64,000 nucleotides of DNA from Candidatus Saccharimonadales bacterium (lineage in GTDB: Bacteria > Patescibacteriota > Saccharimonadia > Saccharimonadales > 2-12-FULL-41-12): contig JAYRJB010000007.1 in assembly GCA_041906505.1 (NCBI GenBank), positions 18,964 through 82,963 on the forward strand, written 5' to 3'. Each line of letters starts with the position of its first letter. Position 1 is the stretch's first letter. Of the stretch, positions 9,268 to 19,238 are shown piece by piece. The translations under genes and the position numbers were made by a program. The notes under the pieces were generated by a model. That model was not told the origin of the DNA. It did no database searches and saw nothing but the letters and a program-made list of their open reading frames with translations.

Positions 9268-10878
9268 TTACGGACTGGGTTTCGAAGAGGGCTTTGGAAG
9301 CAACTTTGTAATTTCGAAACAGAAGCCAAAAGTACTACCATTGCCTTCTTGGCTTTCAAACAAGATGGTGCCACCTTGAGCTACCACAACTTTCTTTGCC
9401 ATAAATAGGCCGAGGCCGCTGCCATCTGGGCGAGCCTTCCGTGCGTTTGACGCACGATAAAACTTGGTAAACATATGGGCTTGCTCGTTCTTGGGCACAC
9501 CAAAACCACTGTCCTTAACGGTAAAATAAAGATGTTTCTTATCTTGCTTCAGCTCAACCGCAATTTTACCGCCACTGGGCGTATAGTAAATTGCATTGTC
9601 AATATAGTTCATTATCACTTGGCGTATTTTTGTTTCGTCAAGCATGAGCGTTGGAAAATCCTTAGGTTTGGTGTAGGTTATCTGGAGCTTCTTGTTCGAA
9701 AAAGCCTCTTTTAGTTGGTCAATCTCACTCTGAATAACATCTGGCAAAAAGGACTCAACTGGATTAATTACAAACTTACCGGTTTTCAGTCTCGACACAT
9801 TCAAAAGATCAGCAATTAGATACACCATCCGCTGCGAGCTAGAAAACGCTTGCCCCAAGAGCTGACGTTGGAGAGGTGTTATTTTGCCCGCATCGCCCTC
9901 TAAAACCATGCTCACATAGCCCTTTACCGAAGTAAGGGGTGTTCGCAGCTGATGGCTGGCCATGCTAATAAATTCGTCCTTGGTGTCATCCATTTCCTTT
10001 AGTTTTTGGTTGGTACGACGAAGTTTTGCAGTGGCCTCTTCAATGCGCTCCTGGAGAAGTACGTTAAATTGCTGAATCTCTTCGAAACGCAGCGAGTTTT
10101 GGATCGCAATAAGAAGTTCGTCGGCAATAATTTCAATAATTCTTATGTCGTTGACGCTGTACGCTTTACCGCTTTTCTTTGGACCCAAAATAAGATACGC
10201 CACCGCCTCTTTTGTTTGGTAATACTCTTCTACAAGTGGGCGGACAATTGCTAGGTTATTCTCGACCAGCACTTTTTTTAGCTCACCTTCTGAATTATCA
10301 ATTTCGGCGGTAATCGCCATAATCTGGCCACGTTTTAGCAGCTCTTGTCGTAAATCGTCAAGATCATGAGCGCTAATTGTAACTTTCGATTCATTTCTTA
10401 TTTTTAGCTTGCCTAATTCCAGATCCTTGATCGCAATCAAACAAAACTGAGACTTTATGTTCTCCTCGATAACGCTTGCGACGCGGCGAAGCAGAATACC
10501 AACCTCGATGTTGGAGGCGATTGCGTGGTTCAGTTCATTTAAGAAGCCTTGTGGATCATAGCCGTCCCGGAAAAACAAACGATTGGTAATTTTATCGAAC
10601 GCCTGCTTGAAAAGTGGTGCCGTGGCGGCAACTAACAGCGCAGCTACGAACGGAATAATGTCATTTGGGCTCGAGGTATCGCTAGAAAATATTTGGGTGG
10701 ATCCAAAAATAATCCCCACATACAGTGCTCCAAGGATAGTAATTAGCAGCGTATATGCCAAAGATCTCGCAGCGATTAGGCGAACGTCAAAAAACCGCCT
10801 GCCTACGCCCCTATATAACAGCATGCTGGCGACAACAATAGCCAGAACCAGAATTAAGGCAGTTATGCTTATCCACAT
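9268..10878 (-). CDS. Membrane sensor histidine kinase (TM helices, GAF-like domain, HisKA, HATPase)
   Basis: ASHQLRTPLT H-box, NYIDNAIYY N-box, DSGFG and GSGLGL G-boxes. Confidence 0.93.
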   Translation of the reverse strand: MWISITALILVLAIVVASMLLYRGVGRRFFDVRLIAARSLAYTLLITILGALYVGIIFGSTQIFSSDTSSPNDIIPFVAALLVAATAPLFKQAFDKITNRLFFRDGYDPQGFLNELNHAIASNIEVGILLRRVASVIEENIKSQFCLIAIKDLELGKLKIRNESKVTISAHDLDDLRQELLKRGQIMAITAEIDNSEGELKKVLVENNLAIVRPLVEEYYQTKEAVAYLILGPKKSGKAYSVNDIRIIEIIADELLIAIQNSLRFEEIQQFNVLLQERIEEATAKLRRTNQKLKEMDDTKDEFISMASHQLRTPLTSVKGYVSMVLEGDAGKITPLQRQLLGQAFSSSQRMVYLIADLLNVSRLKTGKFVINPVESFLPDVIQSEIDQLKEAFSNKKLQITYTKPKDFPTLMLDETKIRQVIMNYIDNAIYYTPSGGKIAVELKQDKKHLYFTVKDSGFGVPKNEQAHMFTKFYRASNARKARPDGSGLGLFMAKKVVVAQGGTILFESQEGNGSTFGFCFEITKLLPKPSSKPSP

Positions 10879-11035
10879 TGGTAAGCATTATGTACTAATT
10901 TTGGCTAAAAACAAACGCCCTTGAAAAGAGATATGCTCACGCACAAATCTCGACACGTGTCTCATAATTCGCAATGTATGCAACAACAAGCCTAGCCCAT
11001 AGATAGTTTTATTATTTTCATCTACAATAGGGCCT

Positions 11036-11422
11036 ATGCCGGACCAAACCTACAAAGTCGCTATTGTTGAAGACGATCAAGCGATTTCCCAGATGTACCG
11101 AATGAAGTTCGAAGCCGAAGGCTACGAGGTCGACACTGCAGAAAATGGAAGACTTGGCCTTGCGCTGGCTGAGTCCATGAAACCAGATATTATTTTGCTT
11201 GATTTGATGATGCCAGAGATGAACGGCGATGAGATGCTCGAAAAGCTACGACAAACTTCATGGGGCAAAAACACAAAAGTAATCATTCTTACCAATATGG
11301 GCGAACAGGAAATACCCCCACGCATTCGGGAACTTGGTGTGACGAACTTCATCTTAAAAGCTGACATGACCCCCCGCCAAGTGGCCGAGATTGTTCAAAA
11401 GAATCTTAGCAGCCAAGGATAA
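11036..11422 (+). CDS. Single-domain response regulator (receiver only)
   Basis: IVEDD, ILLDLMMPEMNG, ILTN and conserved Lys; 128 aa with no output domain. Confidence 0.93.
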   Translation: MPDQTYKVAIVEDDQAISQMYRMKFEAEGYEVDTAENGRLGLALAESMKPDIILLDLMMPEMNGDEMLEKLRQTSWGKNTKVIILTNMGEQEIPPRIRELGVTNFILKADMTPRQVAEIVQKNLSSQG

Positions 11423-11428
11423 GCCGTC

Positions 11429-12742
11429 TTGAAAGTTGCTATCCTCGGTTACGGCGGTCAAGGGCAAAGTGCCCTCGAATACTGGTCGAATTTGGGTGCT
11501 AAGGTAACAGTTTGCGACAAAAACACTGGGGTTGCTGTTCCCCCAAACGCCTCAACCCAGCTCGGAGAGGACTATCTTGAAGGCTTAGACCAATTTGACC
11601 TTTTGGTACGAACACCAGCGCTTCATCCAAAGGATATTATTGCTGCAAACCAAGACACACCGTCAATACTTGCAAAAATTACTTCGGTCACCAATGAATT
11701 TTTCCGAGTCTGTCCAACCAAAAATCTCATTGGAGTAACCGGCACAAAAGGAAAGGGCACCACCAGCTCGTTGCTTGCAAAAATGCTCGAAGCCAGTGGC
11801 AAAAGAGTGCATCTAGGCGGCAACATTGGCATACCCCCACTAGAACTACTTAAAAACGGCATTACCGGCGATGACTGGGTTGTGTTGGAGCTTGCGAACT
11901 TTCAAACTCTTGACCTTAAATATTCACCGCCTATCGCCGTGTGTCTTATGATGGTGCCAGAACATCTGGATTGGCACCAAGATTTTCAAGACTACAAAAA
12001 CGCAAAAAAACCGCTGTTTTCCCACCAAAAAGAAAGTGATGTTGCGATTTATTTTGAAGAAAACGAGCATTCAAAAGAAATTGCCAGCTCCGGAAAGGCA
12101 AAACTCATCCCCTACTATTCGCCACCGGGAGCGTTCGTGAATTCAAAGCAAGAAATTCAGATAGACGGCGTCGTTATCTGTCACACGCGCGAGGTCGCGC
12201 TGTTAGGAAAACACAACTGGCAAAATATTTGTGCGGCAATCACCGCATTCTGGCAAATCAGCCACGATGCCAATGCGGTTCGCACGGTTGTTACCTCTTT
12301 TTCTGGACTCGAGCATCGACTTGAGTTCGTTCGCGAGTTGGATGGGGTCAAATATTACGACGATTCTTTTGGCACCACACCGGAGACGGCCTTGGTTGCA
12401 TTGCAAGCTTTTGCGCAACCAAAGGTACTTATTGTTGGCGGATCGGATAAAGGCGCCAACTTTGCAGCCCTCGCAAAAGGCATTGCCGAATACGGCGTGC
12501 ATTCGATTGTAAGTATCGGGGTTACTGGTCCAAAAATAGCTCAATTAGTCAAAAGCTTTAATCCCTCAATTAACGTTGTTGAGAATTTGCAAACTATGCC
12601 GGAAATTGTCCAATCCTCAAGAGAGCTTGCAAATCCTGGAGATGTGGTTTTGCTATCAACTGGTTGCGCTAGTTTTGGGCTATTTCAAAACTACAAAGAT
12701 CGCGGTGATCAGTTTAAGTCAGCCGTGAAAGCACTTTCCTAA
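11429..12742 (+). CDS. murD: UDP-N-acetylmuramoyl-L-alanine--D-glutamate ligase
   Basis: GVTGTKGKGTT, GGNIG, EHLDWH, LEHRLE, DDSFGT, LLSTGCASFGLF motifs; TTG start. Confidence 0.95.
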   Translation: MKVAILGYGGQGQSALEYWSNLGAKVTVCDKNTGVAVPPNASTQLGEDYLEGLDQFDLLVRTPALHPKDIIAANQDTPSILAKITSVTNEFFRVCPTKNLIGVTGTKGKGTTSSLLAKMLEASGKRVHLGGNIGIPPLELLKNGITGDDWVVLELANFQTLDLKYSPPIAVCLMMVPEHLDWHQDFQDYKNAKKPLFSHQKESDVAIYFEENEHSKEIASSGKAKLIPYYSPPGAFVNSKQEIQIDGVVICHTREVALLGKHNWQNICAAITAFWQISHDANAVRTVVTSFSGLEHRLEFVRELDGVKYYDDSFGTTPETALVALQAFAQPKVLIVGGSDKGANFAALAKGIAEYGVHSIVSIGVTGPKIAQLVKSFNPSINVVENLQTMPEIVQSSRELANPGDVVLLSTGCASFGLFQNYKDRGDQFKSAVKALS

Positions 12743-13361
12743 GCTTGGACACAATTGCTTGCTCTGGCTGAAGAACAATAGCCTTTTCTGCCGCGTACGT
12801 ACCAATTATCTGTTCTATCCAATGGTAGTGCGTACAGCCTAAAACAATAACGTCTGCATTTTGCTCGAGACAATCATCTATTGTGGCTTTTATCCGTTGT
12901 CGATCAATACTGTCTTGTTCGATCATAAGAGCCCAGTCTGAACAATTTGGCTCAATAATAACTGAGGTAGTAGCATACCTTGCACATAATTCTTTGTAGC
13001 GCGCACTCGCGAGCGTTCTTGGGGTTGCGCACACCGCAATTACACCACTTTTTGAAAGCGCTGTTGCTTGTTCAATCATTGGCTCCACACCAATCAATGG
13101 GACCCCTACGCTTTCTTGGAGCCTTAAAAGAATGGTCGTACTGATCGTATTGCAGGCTACGACGATCACCCCGCAACCACTCGCTTGGAGGCTCAAAACA
13201 TGGGGCAATGAGAGGTTATAGAGTTCCTCTTCGGTTTTTGTGCCATACGGAATGTGTTCGGCGTCATTTTCATAAACAATGTCGTAATTTGGAAACGATA
13301 ACTCAAGTGCGTTCGCCACCGACTTTCCGCCAACTCCAGAATCAAAAACCCCAATTTTCAT
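12714..13361 (-). CDS. murI: Glutamate racemase
   Basis: IGVFDSGVGG, PYG, VACNT, LGCTHY motifs with both catalytic Cys. Confidence 0.93.
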   Translation of the reverse strand: MKIGVFDSGVGGKSVANALELSFPNYDIVYENDAEHIPYGTKTEEELYNLSLPHVLSLQASGCGVIVVACNTISTTILLRLQESVGVPLIGVEPMIEQATALSKSGVIAVCATPRTLASARYKELCARYATTSVIIEPNCSDWALMIEQDSIDRQRIKATIDDCLEQNADVIVLGCTHYHWIEQIIGTYAAEKAIVLQPEQAIVSKLRKVLSRLT

Positions 13362-13912
13362 GTGCTATATCTCCAGAGTTCTGAATCGGAGCCTAATTGT
13401 GACGGGATATACTCTGTAACAAGTGACTTATGGGGTATCTCAAGCTGGGTTCTTTGGTTAGGGTTACCACGATCCCAAACAGAAACTGCTAGGCTTATCT
13501 TGTTTGCAAGCGACTCAAAGCCTAAAACTTTGCGACTATTAGTAAAGCGATTGAACACATCCTCTATCATGACCCCCCTAAAACCATACTCAGCAATATA
13601 TTCCGAATGCTTGTCAGCATACGAAATATTTTTATCCGAATCTGCCTGTAGGACTACCAAATTTAGTTTTGTAAGATCTGCGACGCGTTCCGCGAGCCAG
13701 TTAGCACCATTTGGTACGCCCACCACAAAGTCTGGTGCGTCTTCAATTGCTAGCTTGCCAATTCTTTGGATGACTTTTTTTGAGAGATCTGGATTTTTAT
13801 GCAGTCGCTCAACATCAAGTTTGTTATTTGCAGCCACACCCGAAGCAAACACTGAATCTTCCCTCACAAAACATGTTTGTAAAACGGCTTCTCTGAGTTC
13901 TTTGATATCCAT
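13358..13912 (-). CDS. Type I phosphoribosyltransferase-like protein (divergent orotate PRTase-like)
   Basis: FASG, VVGVPNGA, degenerate PRPP-binding VMIEDVFNRFTNS, and VWDR. Confidence 0.6.
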   Translation of the reverse strand: MDIKELREAVLQTCFVREDSVFASGVAANNKLDVERLHKNPDLSKKVIQRIGKLAIEDAPDFVVGVPNGANWLAERVADLTKLNLVVLQADSDKNISYADKHSEYIAEYGFRGVMIEDVFNRFTNSRKVLGFESLANKISLAVSVWDRGNPNQRTQLEIPHKSLVTEYIPSQLGSDSELWRYST

Positions 13913-14727
13913 TAGTTGTTTGCTATCTTGCTGGCTGAGCGGATAACATTCTCAAATAATGCGCAGACGGTTAATGGACCAACCCCACCCTTTGGGGGAG
14001 TCATCGTAAGATCATCACGCTTATATACCTCTGGCGCGAGATCGCCGACCGTTTTGCCATCTTCGCTTGCGGTGCCGGCATCTACCACCACCGCACCTTG
14101 CTTGATCATGTTCGAAAACAAAATGGCTGGACTTCCAGCCGCAGTAATAATGATATCTGCGTCTATACTTAACGTGTTAAGTGTTTTGGTTTGCCGGTTT
14201 GCGACTGTGAACTCATGGCCAGAATCTTTAAGTAGTTGGGCTAAAGGTTCTCCAACCAGTTTGCCTTGACCAATGATTAGGATTTTCTTGCCCCGTAAAT
14301 CAACGTTGTAACCAGCGAGCAACCACATAATTGCCATCGGCGTTGCTGGCTCAAAAATTGAACGTTTACCAAGCGCGTCAACATCTTTATTTGCGATTAC
14401 CATGTCACATATTTCATCTGTCTGACTTGGGTCACTAAGTGGCAGTTGCACAATAATTCCGTGAACCCCTGGTTCTGCATTTAATTGCGCAATGATATCT
14501 GGCGCAGCAGCTTGCGCAACGGTGTGAACTTCGACCTCGACCATGATATCGGCCCCGTAGGCCTTCTTTAGTCGTACGTACGTATTAATTACAGGATCAT
14601 CGTTAACTTGTACAATCGCAAGCTTTGGGATGATCTTATGAGCTTGCCGTAGCGTTCGTACCTGCTTTGCCTGGCGGGCTTTTATGTATCCAGCTAGTTC
14701 CGTTCCGCTCATCAATTTTTTTGCCAT
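13912..14727 (-). CDS. folD: Bifunctional methylenetetrahydrofolate dehydrogenase/cyclohydrolase
   Basis: YVRLK, HGIIVQLP, KDVD, PATP, VVDAG, GGVGPLTV motifs; true start near MAKKLMSG because the longer ORF overlaps dedA. Confidence 0.93.
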   Translation of the reverse strand: MAKKLMSGTELAGYIKARQAKQVRTLRQAHKIIPKLAIVQVNDDPVINTYVRLKKAYGADIMVEVEVHTVAQAAAPDIIAQLNAEPGVHGIIVQLPLSDPSQTDEICDMVIANKDVDALGKRSIFEPATPMAIMWLLAGYNVDLRGKKILIIGQGKLVGEPLAQLLKDSGHEFTVANRQTKTLNTLSIDADIIITAAGSPAILFSNMIKQGAVVVDAGTASEDGKTVGDLAPEVYKRDDLTMTPPKGGVGPLTVCALFENVIRSASKIANN

Positions 14728-14781
14728 AGTCATAATAGTATCTTTTTGGTAACACCTCATCAAGGGAGCATAATGTACTGC

Positions 14782-15390
14782 ATGGATGTCACGGAGATCT
14801 TGCAGTCTGTGGGTTACCTTGGTATTTTTCTGTGCGTCTGTATCGAAAGCGGGATTATTTTTGGTTTGCTGGTGCCGTTGCCAGGCTTCTCGCTGCTTTT
14901 TGCGGCAGGTGTATTTGCTGCCAACGATCGCCTTAACATTTATCTTGTATTGTTGAGTGGCCTTTTGGGAGCAGTCTTGGGCTACATAATTGGATACATT
15001 ACCGGGAAACGCTACGGGAGAAGATTGTTTTACGAGTCCAGAAATAAGAGGTATTTCACTGCTGCCCAAGGAGAACGGACCGAGAAATTCATGCAAAAAC
15101 ACGGCTATATAACATTGTTTGTTGGGCGTTTTTTGCCCATTGTTCACACCGTCGCCCCCATCTTAAGCGGCGTTGCAAAAACGCCAATTGGCCCGTTTAT
15201 GATCATAAACCTGCTGGGTGCAGCAGTGTGGGTGTGTTCGGCCACATTTTTAGGGTATTTTGTTGGCGCTTCACTACCTGGAGCACAATACTACGTAGTG
15301 CCTTTTGTGGTCATCCTTGTAGTCATTCTCAACACTAGATTCGCCAGAGATTATATCAAGAGACTACTTGCCAGAATCGAATCGCTTTAA
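14782..15390 (+). CDS. DedA family membrane protein
   Basis: ESG..PLPG.SLLF.AG and GRFLP motifs; hydrophobic. Confidence 0.9.
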   Translation: MDVTEILQSVGYLGIFLCVCIESGIIFGLLVPLPGFSLLFAAGVFAANDRLNIYLVLLSGLLGAVLGYIIGYITGKRYGRRLFYESRNKRYFTAAQGERTEKFMQKHGYITLFVGRFLPIVHTVAPILSGVAKTPIGPFMIINLLGAAVWVCSATFLGYFVGASLPGAQYYVVPFVVILVVILNTRFARDYIKRLLARIESL

Positions 15391-16577
15391 GAAGCAGAAA
15401 CAAACGTGTACGCATACCCAGATCGTCCAGCACGTCCAGCACGACCAATTCGGTGAACATAGTCGTCGTATGACTGGGGCTGCGAGTAGTTGATAACGTG
15501 TGATACGTCGGCAACATCAATACCTCGGGCCGCCACGTCCGTCGCAACCAAAACTTTTACTTCGCTGTCACGAAATCTGCGGAGCGCTCGCTGTCTTTGT
15601 CCTTGAGATTTGCCTCCGTGAATGGCGTCAGCCTTAAAACCTCGATCGATGAGTTCTTTGCTGAGGCGCTCGACACTGCGCTGAGTATCATCAAAAAGCA
15701 ACACTTTCGAGACTTCGTCTTTAGTAAGGAGATCATGAAGTTGATGTAGTTTGTCTTGCGTCGTCTCGTACGCAACAATGTCTTGTTCGACATTTTTGCT
15801 TGCTGCGCTGGTACGAACAGAGATACTAACTGGGTCCTCAGAAAACTCTCGTATCAATTGATTAATTTTTGGATCAATGGTTGCCGAAAAAAACAGCGAC
15901 TGTCTTTTTGTTGCAAGTTCACCGAGAAGACTTCTGATGTCGCCAATGAATCCCATATCAAGCATTCTGTCGACTTCATCGAGGACTACGATATTAAATC
16001 GACCTAAATCTAGTGTGCGTCGTTCGACGTGATCTTTGATTCTGCCTGGTGTCCCAATAACCATACTAGGGTTAGCTTTTAGGTCGCGAATCTGAGCACC
16101 CATCGGTGAACCACCAATAAGTACCGCGCCACGAAGTCCGCTGTGTTTTGCAAAATCTCGACACGCCGCCTCAATCTGTTGAGCCAATTCACGTGTTGGA
16201 GCAATCACCAGGGCTCGAGCGGAAGAATCTGAAATTAATTTCGTTAGTATTGGTAGTGAAAAAGCCGCCGTTTTACCAGTACCTGTGTTGGCGATACCAA
16301 TAACGTCCCTGCCATCAAGAATAGGCTGGGTCGCTTCATCCTGTATTTGGGTCGGGGTAGTAAAGCCTAGTGCTTCGATATTTCTATGAAGCAGCGGATG
16401 CAAGGCAAAATCGGCAAATGTATGCTCGGCGGTATAGTGTGTTTCGGCCTGCTCTACGGCGGGACTCACGAACTTGCTTGGGTGAATATATTGTTTTTGA
16501 TTTTTTCTTCGTACATTGGTACTACGACCATTGTTCGAGTGAAAACGACGCTGTGGTCGCCTTTGTTGATATGACAT
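15387..16577 (-). CDS. DEAD-box RNA helicase
   Basis: Q motif, TGTGKT, PTRELA, TPGR, DEVD, SAT, ARGID, HRIGRAGR motifs. Confidence 0.96.
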   Translation of the reverse strand: MSYQQRRPQRRFHSNNGRSTNVRRKNQKQYIHPSKFVSPAVEQAETHYTAEHTFADFALHPLLHRNIEALGFTTPTQIQDEATQPILDGRDVIGIANTGTGKTAAFSLPILTKLISDSSARALVIAPTRELAQQIEAACRDFAKHSGLRGAVLIGGSPMGAQIRDLKANPSMVIGTPGRIKDHVERRTLDLGRFNIVVLDEVDRMLDMGFIGDIRSLLGELATKRQSLFFSATIDPKINQLIREFSEDPVSISVRTSAASKNVEQDIVAYETTQDKLHQLHDLLTKDEVSKVLLFDDTQRSVERLSKELIDRGFKADAIHGGKSQGQRQRALRRFRDSEVKVLVATDVAARGIDVADVSHVINYSQPQSYDDYVHRIGRAGRAGRSGYAYTFVSAS

Positions 16578-16584
16578 AAAAATA

Positions 16585-16660
16585 GAATCCTTTGTCGTTA
16601 ATTTGCTTCTCATTGTTTTTGTCATGAAACCTGAGAAAATGAGCAAACTAACTCGGATTC
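16585..16660 (-). promoter_or_regulatory. Long stem-loop in the DEAD-box helicase 5' leader covering the putative RBS
   Basis: On the mRNA, GAAUCC pairs with (AAA)GGAUUC ending 7 nt before AUG; inner stem UUAGUUUGCU/AGCAAAUUAA. Confidence 0.5.
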
Positions 16661-16706
16661 ATTTGAAATACAATTGACTAAATTATAGCACAGACATATA
16701 AAAAAA

Positions 16707-16746
16707 TCAATAGCCAGGTGGGTCCATCCCTCGCCGGGCTATTGAC
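16707..16746 (-). terminator. Terminator after the hdeD-like gene
   Basis: TCAATAGCC...GGCTATTGA inverted repeat with a T-run on the minus strand. Confidence 0.6.
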
Positions 16747-16762
16747 GAATACCTCCCTGTAC

Positions 16763-17326
16763 TTATTTCTTATGCGTCGCTTCGAGGCTATGCTTGACGT
16801 CGAAGGATATGGCAACCATAAGTGGACCCATAATTAGTGCGTATAGCCCAAGAACCCACACAAACGCAACGCCGGCAGCAACTGATGAATTGAGCACAAT
16901 AATGCCAATTACAATCGCTGCTAGCCCAATGATGACATTGAGCGTTTTATAGGTTGCAGTTCCCTCATCAATCAACGCACTTACAATGTCGATCAACCCT
17001 CGTACGATTAGGGTAAAGCCAACTATCAAAATTAAGGTGCTAAACGTCACATTCGGATGCCGGACAAGATATACCCCAACACCGAGACCGATTAGGCCAA
17101 AAACCAGACTCAGCCACCAGTTGCTGCGATGTCTCATGCCAAGTAAGCCACCAACAATTTCAGCAACACCCCACACGAGTATAAAAGCGCTAAAAAGATA
17201 TACGAGCGTTTGCAGTGTTAGTCCTGGCCAAAAAAGTGCGGCAATACCAAACAGTATTGCTAGAACACCCTGGATAAGACCGATCCACCACAGCTCAGCT
17301 ACAGCTTTTTCTCCGTTCATGTTCAC
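16763..17326 (-). CDS. HdeD/DUF308 family membrane protein
   Basis: WW.GLIQG.LAILFG..AL.WP pattern repeated twice; 6 TM helices. Confidence 0.85.
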   Translation of the reverse strand: MNMNGEKAVAELWWIGLIQGVLAILFGIAALFWPGLTLQTLVYLFSAFILVWGVAEIVGGLLGMRHRSNWWLSLVFGLIGLGVGVYLVRHPNVTFSTLILIVGFTLIVRGLIDIVSALIDEGTATYKTLNVIIGLAAIVIGIIVLNSSVAAGVAFVWVLGLYALIMGPLMVAISFDVKHSLEATHKK

Positions 17327-17341
17327 AAATCTCCATTAAAG

Positions 17342-17725
17342 TTAGCTGTCTTTTTTTGCGTCTCTTTGAAATGTTTTATGTATAGCAACACCTCCTCCCT
17401 TAAAATTGCGATAGATATTGACTGCCCCCGTCAACAGCAACAAACCACCTAAACCCCACCGAACTATTGGGACAGATACAATATTTAGTGATCGAAGAGT
17501 CAGAAAGAACCCCAACACAGTTAGCGGTATACCGATTTTATAGTTTCTTTGGTTTGGATCTTCAAATACTAGAATGAGGCCAGCACACAGTAGCACAAAA
17601 CAGAGCCAGAATGGCGCAACAGTAAGTTCGATTACCGCAAAAAGCAAGCACGTTCCAAGCGCAATAAGAAGCACGTCCACCACCGCTCGCACTGCTTGCA
17701 TAAACCGAACGTTTGGATGCTTCAT
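17342..17725 (-). CDS. Hypothetical 4-TM membrane protein
   Basis: 127-aa hydrophobic ORF in an operon-like run. Confidence 0.7.
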   Translation of the reverse strand: MKHPNVRFMQAVRAVVDVLLIALGTCLLFAVIELTVAPFWLCFVLLCAGLILVFEDPNQRNYKIGIPLTVLGFFLTLRSLNIVSVPIVRWGLGGLLLLTGAVNIYRNFKGGGVAIHKTFQRDAKKDS

Positions 17726-17764
17726 GTTAAAACCCCTTTGTCGTGACTTAAGGTTTATGTCTGT

Positions 17765-18184
17765 TTATACACCTATGAGACCAATGACCAATCCCATGAG
17801 CATTAGTGTTACAAACTCGTTGCCAACAGTAATCAGCGTTAGCTTAGCAGGCCGGCCTTCAAAAACATCGTGTGTAACAATCCGGGCGGCTGTGAGCCCT
17901 AGCCAAAGCCAAAAAGCAGTCGTCACACTATCTTGTAGAAAACTATTTTGAAAAAATTCATTCGACAGATACGCAACGTGCGCCACAACATACGCTGTAA
18001 TGAGACTCACCACAATCGTGATCACAATTGGCTTTGCCACATTTGTGTTATTTTTTGATAGATCTACCTTCGCAAGTTTTCCCCAAGTCGTACCAAATAC
18101 GGCCCGGGCATACCATATGCTGCCGACAACCAACGAGCTCGCCATAGCAGCAATTACCCCTAGAAAATTTACTTCTACGTCCAT
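17765..18184 (-). CDS. DUF1761 family membrane protein
   Basis: VNFLGVIAA..GSIWY...FG..W and FEGRP motifs; GGAGG RBS upstream. Confidence 0.85.
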   Translation of the reverse strand: MDVEVNFLGVIAAMASSLVVGSIWYARAVFGTTWGKLAKVDLSKNNTNVAKPIVITIVVSLITAYVVAHVAYLSNEFFQNSFLQDSVTTAFWLWLGLTAARIVTHDVFEGRPAKLTLITVGNEFVTLMLMGLVIGLIGV

Positions 18185-18297
18185 AGTTTCCCTCCTTATT
18201 GATTTGAATTATATACCAATTTTTCTACAAATAAACTGCTTCTTTGCATACATTCACGTTGCTCTCTGTTTGTTGACGAAAGAGTTATAATTGAAGC

Positions 18298-18885
18298 ATG
18301 AGTAAAAATAGACATTTGGTAAAAAATAAAATTCTGTGGTGGGTTTTGGCGGGCGGTTCGCTGGTTGGATTACTGGCGTCGTTTATTCAGACAATTGAAC
18401 GAATTAACTACGCAAAAAACCCGACCGTGCCACTCAAGTGCGACGTTAGTGCAATTTTTAGTTGTAGTAACGTATTCGACGCCTGGCAGTCATCAGTCTT
18501 TGGATTCTCCAACTCGCTAATGTGTATTGTGTTTTTTTCGATTACGCTTGGGGTAGCCTTCGCGGGAGCAACGAGCGGGGAAATTCGCAGAACATTAAGG
18601 CTATGGGTTCACTTTTTCGCCGTTTTCTTTCTCGGCTTTGGAGCGTGGTATTTATGGCAAAGTGCCTACGAGATTGGATATATCTGCATTTTTTGCGCCG
18701 CGTGTTACGGTGCAGTGATTGCGATGAACTGGGCCTGGCTCAGACTCAATGCTCGAGACATCTTTCGGTCAAAGTCCGCAACGTCTCGTTGGCAACGAAT
18801 CGAATCCAGTGGCGCTGACACTTTTGGATGGATTCTCTGGGCAGTCATAATTGCAACCATGGTTGCCGCACCATTCATCAACTAG
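18298..18885 (+). CDS. Vitamin K epoxide reductase (VKOR) family protein
   Basis: C-x7-C loop pair (CDVSAIFSC), S.FG..NS, and active-site CIFC in a TM helix. Confidence 0.92.
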   Translation: MSKNRHLVKNKILWWVLAGGSLVGLLASFIQTIERINYAKNPTVPLKCDVSAIFSCSNVFDAWQSSVFGFSNSLMCIVFFSITLGVAFAGATSGEIRRTLRLWVHFFAVFFLGFGAWYLWQSAYEIGYICIFCAACYGAVIAMNWAWLRLNARDIFRSKSATSRWQRIESSGADTFGWILWAVIIATMVAAPFIN

Positions 18886-18932
18886 TTAAAAGGTGTTTCT
18901 TGGTTTTAGGCCTTTTCTCGGGGAACCCAGAA

Positions 18933-19151
18933 CTATTCTTTTTTAGTGATCTTGATCGCCGTTTTGGCGCTCAACCCAAGCAAAAACGGGTAAATAACAA
19001 ACAACCACAACGAATCAAGAATATTTGGAATCCATGGGTCTGATAAGAATAAATACCAGCTCTCAAGACCCAGAATTGACCCAACAATATTAACAATAAT
19101 TGCCAGCGCTAGAATAATTATGCCAACAACAAAGGTGTTCATGTTCATCAT
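18933..19151 (-). CDS. Small hypothetical membrane protein
   Basis: 72-aa ORF with two TM helices downstream of heliorhodopsin. Confidence 0.5.
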   Translation of the reverse strand: MMNMNTFVVGIIILALAIIVNIVGSILGLESWYLFLSDPWIPNILDSLWLFVIYPFLLGLSAKTAIKITKKE

Positions 19152-19238
19152 ATTGTTTGCCTAATACTATAAATTGCAACCACCCTTTTCTTGGTTTTTA
19201 CTATAACAAACATGGCCTAACAAATGTATCTCGTCCGA

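Noticed and set aside
14728-15147. Long N-terminal extension on FolD (411-aa ORF)
   Set aside because: It is the antisense frame of dedA; FolD homology starts at MAKKLMSG
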